From Salpingoeca rosetta (Eukaryota > Protista > Choanoflagellata), in the NCBI GenBank assembly GCA_033442325.1, contig JAWQFM010000013.1, positions 1,648,665-1,712,664 on the forward strand: 64,000 bases of DNA, in the 5' to 3' direction. Shown piece by piece: positions 46,821 to 64,000 of the stretch. Numbering within the stretch: the first letter of the stretch is position 1; each line of letters begins with the position of its first letter. The position numbers and the translations under genes are program-made. The notes below the pieces were generated by a model that saw nothing but the letters and a program-made list of their open reading frames with translations, ran no database searches and was not told the DNA's origin.

Positions 46821-46910
46821 GATGCGTCCGCGTTTGGTGTGGGTGCGTGTGCGTGTGTGTTTGTGCTTGCGTGCGTGTACGTGCGTGTGTGCGTGTGTGC
46901 GTGTGCGTGC

Positions 46911-46970
<60 letters not shown>

Positions 46971-47327
46971 GTGTGTGCGTGTGTGCGTGTGTGTGTATGT
47001 GTGTGTGCGTGTGTGCGTGTGCGTGTGTGTGTGCGTGTGGGGTGTTTTTTAGGGCGACCACCCTGCGCGGGTTTGCGTGGTCTTTTATCGTGCATGGCCC
47101 GACAGAAGTGTCGCGTAACGTGCAAGAAATCGTGTGCTATCAACTCAATATCACCACATCACCATATACAAGCAGAAGAGGAGGGCAAACGGCCGAAAGT
47201 AGGAAAGCGGGCATCTTGCACACACACATACACACACATACACGTACACGCACATACACACACACATACACACACATACACGTACACGCACATACACACC
47301 AAACACACACACTACACACGGTCGCGT

Positions 47328-48722
47328 TTACATGATCAGGCATTTGCGACAGCCGCTGCTTTCTCCTTCATCGTAGTAGTGCATGGCGCGTGCAACCACT
47401 TCACCGTTGATGGTGAGCTCACGAATGCTGCGAAGGAGGTCTGGTACGTGGCTGGCAACCAAGCCAAGGTTGAAGTCGTACTTGCAGCGCACGCGCGGGA
47501 AGTTCCGCACAAGCGCAATGTTCTCATCAATGGGGTCATCGGTGGTGAACGTGAGGTCGTTGTTGTAGACGACACCCGTGGCGTCCTCCACCCCAAAGAA
47601 GAAGGTCTCCAGCAGCCTCACGGGGTCCTCCGTCGTGATGAGGCGCGGGTAGAAGGTGACCATCATGCCCCAGTAGAAGGGTTCGGCAATGGACGCCTGC
47701 ACGAACGCCAGGTACTTCTCCTCGCTGTGCGTTGTGGATGGGGCGCTGACGTACTCAAACAGCACCGGGCTGAACAGCTTCTCCCCGCCATCGTAGAGGT
47801 TGCGAAGCGTGTTGACAATCTTGCTGCGAAAGTCCGCTGGCACGCGCGTGGAGTAGATGGGCTGCAGGCGCTGGAAGTCCTTGTACTTCTGCTTGTAGGT
47901 GGCGTAGATGTTGGCCACCTTGTCCGCGTCGGTGCTGTACGAGCACTGAATGCCGTGCTTCTCAAACGCAGCCAGGATGGTGTCTGCCGTGTCCAGCTCT
48001 TCAATTTCCGCCAGGTACTCTGGGGCCTGGGAGGCAAAGTCGAAGTAGTTGGCGGGCGTCTTGTCGCGGGCCGCGGACATCTCCTTGACCTCCTGCATCA
48101 TGTTCAGCGGAGCGGCGCGCTCCCGCTGGTGCGCGCGGGTGTCGTAAGCCTCGCTCACGTCGTAGAACATGAGCAGGCGCAGCGTGCGCGCGATCAGCAC
48201 TTCCACAATGCACCAGCCGCGGGAGAACTCCGAGCCGTCCCACAGGCACACGGTGTACGAGTGCTCGAGGATGGTGTGCAAGTTGCCCATGACCTGCTGA
48301 AACAGCCCTTCCTCCTCTGCAGAGCGCGGGTGCTGCGGCGCGCACGTCCAGTCGAACCAGACGTTGATGTCGTTGAGGTACGCGAAGATGTCTCTGATGC
48401 ACTCCTCCGAGAGGCGGGCGGTGTCCAGGAAGGGCTCCAGCAAGGCCACCTCGTCCTTGGTGGGCGTCAAGATGTGCCGGAACAGGTCGTAACCCATGCT
48501 GCGATCCTGCAGGTACTCCGGGTTGAACATCTTCCAAGGAGCAGAAATGGGGAAGGGAACCGGGGAAGTGGGGGTGGTGACTGGGGGGGGGGGTTCCGGG
48601 GATGAGGGTGTCAAAAGGTCAACGGGGGACTCGACACACGACATGTTACACTGTGCAAGTGTCTAAGTGTGTAGCAAAACGCAGCCACGGCGAGGGCGAT
48701 ACATACAAACAGATCGCCGCAC

Positions 48723-48785
<63 letters not shown>

Positions 48786-48921
48786 GGCAGGCAGACAGAC
48801 AGACAGACACACACAGACAGATACACAGACAGACACACACACACACAGACAGACAGACACAGACACATACACACAGACAGACACACACACAGACACACAC
48901 AGACAGACAGACAGACAGACA

Positions 48922-48954
<33 letters not shown>

Positions 48955-49201
48955 TGCCCATGCTTGTTTTCTCATCGTCAAGAAATTTGATGTTGATGCA
49001 ACGGTTGATGATGCGAAGGAGACAGCCAACAAACTGCTTGTAGTAGCGGCCGTCATCGGCCTGCTCCTTGCTGAGCCAGCGGTGCGACACAAACAGGTTC
49101 AGTGCGTACGGGTTGAACTCTTGCAAGTCCTTGCGGCAGTCCTGGAACTTGGGGAAGCACCCATACTTGAGCAAATCCACAGCCAAGATGCTAAAACTCA
49201 T
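47328..49201 (-). CDS. Stand-alone HET/TIR-like domain protein, 2 exons (49201-48953, ~48650-47328)
   Basis: LFVSHRWLSKEQAD, VWFDWTCAPQHPRS, GNLHTILEHSYTVCLW and EFSRGWCIVE follow the HET-domain (PF06985-like) S[HY]xW / WxDxxCxxQ / RxWxxxE motif series. The C-terminal ~250 aa are not recognised. Confidence 0.75.
48727..48951. repeat. (CAGA)n/(CA)n intronic microsatellite
   Basis: Seen directly in the sequence. Confidence 0.85.
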
Positions 49202-49530
49202 GACTGGTGAACGGAATGCTGGTGGGAGGGGGGAGAGACTTGGGACGTGACGGTGTGCTGGCTGGGGAACGTGGGAACGTGGGAAGGTGGGGGAGGGAGG
49301 AGGGAGGAAGAGGAGGGGGGGGGGGGAGAAAGCAAAATGGCAAAACGCGCGCTTGTGTGCGTGGCTAAAGGGAAAACAAGAAGGCAAGACGCGGAAACCG
49401 CAGAAGCGCAGAGGCGATTCTTGGGTTGAGATTTGGCAAATTGTCGTGCTTGCAGGCAGGGCGTGTCTTGCTTGTGTTTTGCTTGCGAAAAGAGGTGAAA
49501 CGCTGTCTGGTGTGTTGTTCTTGTTGTAGG

Positions 49531-49591
<61 letters not shown>

Positions 49592-49844
49592 ATGCGTGCG
49601 TGTGTGTGTGTGCGCGTGCATGCGTGTGTGGTGGTGATCGTGGTGTTCTGGAAGTGTTTGAGAGCCTGGTTGGAGTACATACTGCCGTTGTTTCATGTCA
49701 ATAAAGTTGCACGCGGAAAGACAGAATCATCAACGACGACAGGAGGTGGAGAACGAGAAAGAAGAGATTCATTTGACCTTTTTGACCACACCTTTCTCTC
49801 TCTCACACACACACACACGCACACACACACACACACGCGCGCGC

Positions 49845-49897
<53 letters not shown>

Positions 49898-49986
49898 TTC
49901 TCTTACACGGCACACAATCACACGCATTCTCTTACACTCACACACACACATACACCCAACCTAACACCCCCCCCACTCCACTCCAA

Positions 49987-56286
<6,300 letters not shown>

Positions 56287-56883
56287 GGAGGGGAGGGGGC
56301 GTGAGGCAGGGACGGTGTGTTGTTGTCCGTTTCAGCGGGTTGCGTTAGCTCTGTCTTGCTTGCTTCTTGCTTGTCGATCTTTGCACGCAAAGTGGCGATT
56401 GTCGAAAGATTTTCATTGATGTTCTTCGAAGCAGCGCCTTGAAGCTCTTCCTTCTACCACCCCACAGCACTCCCACTTCCTTGCACGCCCCTCTGATTGT
56501 CCTTCACCTTTTCTGGACGGGTGCTTGTCGTGGGAGTTATACAGTATGTACAGCAACAGAACAACGCACAATCAACGCACAACGCAACTTGAGGCCATGA
56601 AACGGAGCAGTGCTGCCGTGAAGTGGAGTCAGGTTGAGCTGAGTGACACGTTACAACATTGCATTACAAGACGACAAGAAAACAGGAGGCGCGAAGCGAG
56701 GAAAAGAGCAGAAACAGAGCCAGGTAAGTGGTACAATCATGTGTACGGCTCAGGCGCAAGAATAGCAGGAACAAGCACAAGGAGAAGGAAGAACAGAAGC
56801 GTCTATGGGTGAAGCAAATGGTGACGGATTGTGTTAAAACAACAAGAAGAGCAAAATAGACCTCAAGACGCTACTCTTTTGTT

Positions 56884-59672
56884 CTACACACTGCACTTCT
56901 TCGCCTGCTGCACAAGCTTCATGGCGGGACCCATTGCCACACCGGAGGCCCGAAGCGTCTGCTTTGTCAAGTCACCCTCGTGCACGAGCCCAACAAGAAC
57001 CTCCAGGCTATCGATACCGTGCTCCACCAACGCGGCTTCGACGTGCGGTAGCAGCGAGTGGCGGTTGAGCCATTCAATTAACTCGGGCTCAAATGCAGGT
57101 GGCGGTGCGAAAGGTGTCATGACGGTGGAGGACGAGGAAGACGACTGCACGGCAGACAAGTTAGAGGGCTGAGTGAGACACAGCACGCGTGCCAAGCGGA
57201 AGAGAGAAAGCGCACGCTTGCATATCTGCAGACATGCAAACAGACACACACAGACACAAACACAGACACAGACACACACATGCACACACACACACAAAGC
57301 CATACCTGCGTGGAACGACGTGCAGTTGTTGGTGCCTGCGCTGCCTCGCTTCTCGCGGAGACGACGACCTGGCGCACCCTCTCTGCAATGTCGCGCAGCT
57401 GCGACGTACGGTCCACACCGGAATCCACCGCAATCACCGCATCAATGTCAAACAGAAACAGCACCACTTCACGCACGCTCTTGTGTTGCTGGGGTGGTGG
57501 GAGGTGCAGCACCTGAGAAAAGAACTGGTCCATCGCTGCTGCCGTCTTCTCACTCACAACATCCGGCAACTTCGTTGCCAGCCGCTTCAGGCGATCAAAC
57601 GAGTCGTACTCGCTCACCTCTGCCGTGCTCATACCATGGTGACTGCTGTCGTGCCATCCACTGCCGAGGAAGAGCGGAACGATGCGGCGGAGGTGGATCT
57701 GGTCCTGGTGCTGGCGAGCAAGCTGCTGCAGCTCCAGCATGGCCATCCACTCCAACAAGACGTTATCGCACGTGTCAGTGTGGCCGAGCGAGCGCATCTG
57801 ATGGATGGCACCCACGGAGACGACGGGGCAGGTGACAGTGCTGTTTTGCAGGGCTGTCACGCATGCGTGCTTGAAGTTGACGCCTGTCTCCAAGTTGTTG
57901 GCGTCCACAAAGGTCACCAGTCCGTGTTGCTCCAACTTTGGGTACAATGTCATCACCAAACCCCGGTTGCCGCGTTGCCTGTGACGTAGTGGTGAATATC
58001 GAAATGAGAAAGGAAGAGAGAGGCAAGGAAAGACACCCAGTTCGCACCGCACACACACACACACGCACACACACACACATGTCCCACCTGTAGCTGATGA
58101 AGGCGTCGTACTTGCTCTGCTGACCCATAACTGGCAAGAGTGGCCCATACTTGGCGACCAGATCCCCTGGTGACAGCAGCTGTGAGCGGCCAACGCGAAG
58201 CGCTTTCTTGTTCATGTGGTGGGTGTGCACGTCCTCGAAGAACAGCAGCCTTGTGTCATTAAATGGCAGCAGCAACGTGGCCTTGAGCTCGGGGTAGCGC
58301 TGCGTGACAGCTGTGGTGATGGTGTCGTACAGCATGTGCACCAGCGTGCGAGGACGTGCAGTCATGACCTTAATCTTGATGCCACCGACAGCCGGCACGA
58401 GCTGCATCTCGATCTCAGCAGCATCCATGAAGATCACGGCGTCTGTGCGGCTCAACATGGGCGGTTCCGTTGCACCATGCTGCATGTGTGCCATCACGCG
58501 TGCCAGAACCATCGTGAACAGCCCCTCTGGCAGGAAAGAGGCTTGCTGCGTGTCTGCAATCTTGACGCTTACACCCCTCTTGAACTCCCTCAGGCTGAAG
58601 GCGACGTAGGCTGTCTTCTCCTCAGATCCAACATACGGATTGGCCTGCTGTGCTGCTGCCGTGCTCAGCGTCACCGACGACGACGCCTGTTCATCCTCCA
58701 GCGTCATCGGCAGGATGGCTGGGACGAGGTATTGCTGCTGCTGTTGCTGTTGTTGCTGTTGAGGGCCGAACAGCAGCACCGTTGGTGCCGTGTACTGGAT
58801 ACACAGCCCGTACTCCATCATGAGTTGGAGAAAGGGCTCAACCATGCCACCTTCCAAGTCCCTCCACAACACCTCAAGTAGACGGCGATGCAGGATGCCA
58901 CGGTCAATGAGGTCGTCCCATAGCTGTGCGCCAACGGCCCTCGCCTCGCTATCCCGCACGTCGTGATGCAGGTCAAAGTTACGGATGACGCGCGTCATCA
59001 TGTCCACCGCCCACTGCGGGCTCAGGATCACATAGTCCTCCATGCCTGGCACACTGTCGTAGAACAGCACCATTGAGTACAAGTGCAGGAACTGCAGGCA
59101 GGCTCTCGTCTCCTGGCGTGTGCGCAGCCCACAGGTGCGTGCAATCTCCACCACCTCGTCAAACGTGAGCAGCGGGCGCTTCTCGTTGCGGGCAATGGCG
59201 TGGAGTTTGTCGTAGAGGTGGAGGTACGGCACCGCCACCTCCTGGCTCACGTACTCCTGCGCCAGTGCTGTGGAGGAGATGGTCTGGCGCAGGTCCTGGA
59301 TCATGGGGTCATTGATGGACTTGGTGTTGTCGACGGGCCAGAACCACAGACCATGCTTGTCGTTGTGGACGACGCCAGGGAAGGCCGGGTTGTGGCGAAG
59401 GCGGCTGTAAATGTCGCGCGAGATGTTCTCGTGCTGCTTACGCTTGCTGACCACATCAGCAAAGGTGCCGACGATGAGGACGGGTGCACCCTTGGCGTGG
59501 AGGTGGAGGGAGGAGAGCCAGTGCTCCATAAACTCCCACGCCTCAGCTCGCTTGCTGGCATCTTGGTGCAGCAAGTCCTCCATCGAGAACACCAGCAGGT
59601 ACACCGCGTACCTGGTGTGGGTTGCATGTGTGGTGAGGGTGGAATATATTGGGGTGAGTGAGTGAGGAGGCC

Positions 59673-59744
<72 letters not shown>

Positions 59745-60296
59745 GACCCACTTTGTGAGGAAGAAAGGGTGGAAGATGTAGAAGGTGGACTGGCCGCCCA
59801 AGTCAAACACCTTGAACGTGACCCTGGCTTTGCCCTCGCCAATGACGGCGTCCACGTTGAACTCCTTGATCGCTTTCTCCATTTCCTCCGCAGACATGCC
59901 GGTTGTGGCGGTGTTGTTGTGATTGCGGGCAGCAGCATCACTTTGGCTCGAAGAGTCCAGGGTGGCCTGCTTCTTGGATGCAGATGCTGAGTCATGAGAT
60001 GCCTTGGTGGGTTTGGGGACGGTCGATGGCGACGTGTGTGAGGATGGACGTGGCCGCGTCTCCTTTGCATTCTGTAACTGCTTCTGCTTCAGCTTGGCAG
60101 CTGTTGCTTTCGGTGTCTTATCAGATTCCTGCTGCCGTTGTTGCTGTTGGTGTTGGGTGATGCGGCTCTTCAGGTCCGCCTTTGCCTTCATCATCGCCTG
60201 CTTCATCTGCAAGTCCACGCCCGATTCCTGCGCCAGCGCCGTGCCGCAGAGGCTGCGCATCAACTCCGAGATCTCCGCATCCAGCTCCTGCAAAGG

Positions 60297-60349
<53 letters not shown>

Positions 60350-63300
60350 TGAACGCTTGTGCGAGGGGATGATCGTGTCAACCACCACCTCTCTTCACAC
60401 CCATCGTCGCACACATCACATGCTCGCACCAGACAAGGGTACACACCTGCCAGTCGTGAATGTCCAAGGACTCAACAATGACGGTGAGGTCGGTTGAGGC
60501 GGCGCCATGCGTGGAGTGCTCATGTTTGTTGAACATGTGACCCATGAGCGAGTGGAACGTGGAAGTCTTGCCGGCGCGCCCCTGACCGATGAAGATGAGC
60601 TTGGCCCTGCCCGCCATGGTCGCGTTGAAGCGTGCTATGACCTCCCGCATGCGCTGCTGGAGACGCTCCCTGCGCGCCTGCTCGGGCTGCTGCTGCTGGT
60701 GGCGGTGGTGACGGTTGTGTGAGACATCATGATTATGCTTGATACGAGACCACGGAGAGCGTGATGAAGGAATGGTATGGGTGACGTGATGCATTTGCTT
60801 GTGCGTTGCAAGCAAGCACTTGTCTCATCACTCACGTCTTGCGCTGCTTGTTCTTCTTGCTTCGGTCCGGCGGCAGGAGTGGGCGCAGGTGGCTCTTGTT
60901 TTGGTTGTTGCTGTTGTTGTTGCTGTTGCTGTTGTGGTTGCTCCAAAGGCTTGCCGCCTGGCTTCAGCCCTTGGATGCTGGTGATGGCAGTATGACCGCT
61001 GGCTTGTGCCACATCATAGGGCGTCTCTCCCTGCGTGTGTTGGAAAGGTAAAACGCATGAGTTGAGGAAGGAGGGAAGCAGGGAGAGGGGGAGGACACAG
61101 CGCAAATCAAAGAAGCAGTTGTGTCACGTCTTCAGAAACAGCCACACGACGCGAAGCACACCTTCTTGTTTTTGACGGCAGTGTCTGCGCCTTTCTCGAG
61201 GAGCAGCTCCACGACGGCGGGCTGGTTGTGCCTGCAGGCAACGTGCAGCGGCGTGTCGCCCTGTTATTGGGTGGGGGGCAGCAAGGCGCATGGCACGTGT
61301 GGTGAGGATCTATTGAAAACGAACACACGGCCGGTGCAACCATGAGCGAGCACCGTTCACATACGAGCACAACACAAACACACACACACACATATTGCAC
61401 ACACCTGTGCATTATGTTGGTTGATGTCTGCATTGTCCTCGATGAGGGAGGTGACAGCGGGAGCGTCGCCATCCCTGCAGGCGGAAAACAGTTGCTCATG
61501 CTGCCGCTTCTTCTCCGCGCGTGCTTCGTCGAAGGCGGCCCTGCCCTCATCGTCGCCACTCCTGTGATCTCACGCGACATTGGACGCAAGCACCACGCAG
61601 CGTGTGTGTGTGTGTGTGAGGTGTCGAGAGAGAAGGCAGGGAGCAAACGACTAGAGTGGAAGCACGCGTTGACTGACCAATCCCCTGTGATGAGTTCTCG
61701 GTCGACGGGCAGCGCGGCACCAAAGGCGCGGGCAGTGGCGGTGGAGTTGTTCTCGATGCTGAACGAGGACACGTGGTGGTAGCGTGTGGTTGGAACAAGC
61801 AGCAAGTGCGGTGCGGTGCGTCAGGAGGGTTGGTGGTTAGGGTTGTGGAGAAATGCAAGCAAGCAGAGAGGAACACACAGTGTGGCGTGCACTCAAAGAG
61901 TGGCGATTGGTCACACAAATCTACAACAGGACACAGGCGTTCATGAGGCAGGCGCAACGCAATTGACGTACTCAAGCCGAGACATGGTGCGGTTCTGGTC
62001 CAGTGCGGCACCCAGCGCCGCACCGCCAACCGGGGTGATGGAGTTCTTGGTCAAGCTGCAAGTGGCAAGAAATGCATGTTGGAAGAGCAGGGGGAACGGG
62101 TGGGCAAGCAACACGTGTCAGTGTCATGGATAAAAGTGGGTTGCAGATGGACCACGTGCACGCGTACTCGCTCGCACATCAGGTCCTACGACATTGAAGT
62201 CACAATGGCGGAGGCAAAGGGGGGCAAATGCAAATTGCACAGGATGTGGCAGCACTTGTGGCAGCACAGGTGAAGGATGGAATCATTTGTTGGTTGGACA
62301 AACAAGCATGTCGCACAGACATCGTGGGTGGCTTGCGGTGCCTCCATCTGCACATGGGTACTGCGGAAGAAGCGCCTAAAGACACACATTGCAAAGAGGA
62401 GCTTCCACTCACTTGAGTATTTCGAGGGTCGTGTTGTGCTTCAGCACCTTCGCCAACGCCACGGCGCCCTCATCGCCGATGGAATTGTCCCACAGGCTGT
62501 CAAGATGATGTGGTGGATGCCACACAGGGGGATGATGCCACATGGGTGAGGAAGTGCGTGAGTGAGTGATGATGATTGCTGTGGATGGCAACACAGTCAT
62601 CAATCCACACATGGGCACGTGATAAAGGTGCAGCGGCAGTGACGCAGCATACATGTGCATGTGTGCGTGTACACACTCACCCGAGCAATGTCATGGTCGT
62701 GTTGTGCTTCAGCATCTCCGCCAACGCCACGGCGCCCTCAGGACCGATGGAGTTGTATTGCAGGCTGTCAAGATGATGTGGTGGATGCCACACAGGGGGA
62801 TGATGCCACATGGGTGAGGAAGTGCGTGAGTGAGTGATGATGATTGCTGTGGATGGCAACACAGTCATCAATCCACACATGGGCACGTAATAAGGTGCAA
62901 CAGGCAGTGACGCAGCATACATGTACATGTGTGCGTGTACACACTCACTCGAGCCATGTGAGGGCCGTGTTGTGCTTCAGCATCTCCGCCAACGCCACAG
63001 CGCCCTCATCGCCGATGGAATTGTCCCANNNNNNNNNNNNNNNNNNNNNNNNNNNNNNNNNNNNNNNNNNNNNNNNNNNNNNNNNNNNNNNNNNNNNNNN
63101 NNNNNNNNNNNNNNNNNNNNNNNNNNNNNNNNNNNNNNNNNNNNNNNNNNNNNNNNNNNNNNNNNNNNNNNNNNNNNNNNNNNNNNNNNNNNNNNNNNNN
63201 NNNNNNNNNNNNNNNNNNNNNNNNNNNNNNNNNNNNNNNNNNNNNNNNNNNNNNNNNNNNNNNNNNNNNNNNNNNNNNNNNNNNNNNNNNNNNNNNNNNN

Positions 63301-64000
63301 NNNNNNNNNNNNNNNNNNNNNNNNNNNNNNNNNNNNNNNNNNNNNNNNNNNNNNNNNNNNNNNNNNNNNNNNNNNNNNNNNNNNNNNNNNNNNNNNNNNN
63401 NNNNNNNNNNNNNNNNNNNNNNNNNNNNNNNNNNNNNNNNNNNNNNNNNNNNNNNNNNNNNNNNNNNNNNNNNNNNNNNNNNNNNNNNNNNNNNNNNNNN
63501 NNNNNNNNNNNNNNNNNNNNNNNNNNNNNNNNNNNNNNNNNNNNNNNNNNNNNNNNNNNNNNNNNNNNNNNNNNNNNNNNNNNNNNNNNNNNNNNNNNNN
63601 NNNNNNNNNNNNNNNNNNNNNNNNNNNNNNNNNNNNNNNNNNNNNNNNNNNNNNNNNNNNNNNNNNNNNNNNNNNNNNNNNNNNNNNNNNNNNNNNNNNN
63701 NNNNNNNNNNNNNNNNNNGTGCAACGGCAGTGGCGCAGCATACATGTGCATGTGTGCGTGTACACACTCACTCGAGTGTTTCGAGGGTCGTGTTGTGCTC
63801 CAGCATCTCCGCCAACGCCACGGCGCCCTCATCGCCGATGGAGTTGTTGTACAGGCTGTCAAGACGGTATGGTGGATGCCACACAGGGCGATGATGCCAC
63901 ATGGGTGAGGAAGAGTGAGTGCGTGCGTGCGTGATGATGATTGTTGTGGGTGGCAACACAGTCATCAATCCACACATGGGCACATGTGCACGTGATAAGG
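56884..64000 (-). CDS. ROCO protein: LRR array - ankyrin repeats - Roc - COR - TIR - SAM, 5' end outside the window
   Basis: LRR exons (LWDNSIGDEGAVALAKVLKHNTTL etc.); ankyrin exons LFSACRDGD...DINQHNAQ / GDTPLHVACRHNQPAVVELLLEKGAD / GETPYDVA; Roc KLIFIGQGRAGKTST, HSTHG, KVFDLGGQSTFYIFHPFFLT, VLIVGTFAD; COR CLQFLHLYSMVLFY...VILSPQWAV, FLPEGLF; TIR YDAFISYR...TFVDANNLETG..F...ALQNS...PVVS...DNVLLEW; SAM exon 56884-57168 LIEWLNRHSLLPHVEAALVEHGIDSL...LRASGVAMGPAMKLV. Confidence 0.88.
62413..64000 (-). repeat. Tandem 268-bp exon+intron LRR cassettes (84-nt exon, 184-nt intron)
   Basis: Exons at 62413-62496, 62681-62764, 62949-(63032) and 63772-63855, with near-identical flanking introns. The period is exactly 268 bp for the first three units. 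Confidence 0.93.
63029..63718. other. Assembly gap inside the LRR cassette array (room for about 2 further units)
   Basis: Run of N. The 823 bp between equivalent exon ends on either side is about 3 periods. Confidence 0.95.

Noticed and set aside
62413-64000. Conserved-repeat/variable-spacer pattern resembling a CRISPR array
   Set aside because: The repeats are 184-nt GT-AG introns and the spacers are homologous LRR exons. The context is eukaryotic and there are no cas genes.

Overview
Intron-rich eukaryotic DNA with GT-AG introns full of (GT)n/(CA)n microsatellites and four assembly gaps. Gene content and intron style suggest a choanoflagellate such as Salpingoeca rosetta (inference). The left two-thirds holds mostly ordinary genes: AHI1/jouberin-like WD40 (5'-truncated), HAAO, TRAP-alpha/SSR1, a single-exon Tyr/Thr-repeat membrane protein, a secreted GxGYxYP protein with a Cys-rich tail, a ricin-lectin/GT31 galactosyltransferase, UTP20 and RPL27A. 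The right 22 kb (42.2-64 kb) is a block of four immune-receptor-like genes: HET/TIR-like-TPR(~19)-PH, a stand-alone HET/TIR-like protein, LRR-Roc-COR-PARP/ART (H-Y-E triad), and LRR-ankyrin-Roc-COR-TIR-SAM. Each carries a putative NAD+-consuming effector domain. The LRR sensor of the last gene is built from tandem 268-bp cassettes (84-nt exon + 184-nt intron). The introns are about 97% identical while the exons are about 79% identical and vary at the solvent-exposed LRR positions, which points to a diversifying receptor system. All domain calls come from manual motif recognition; no database search was run.
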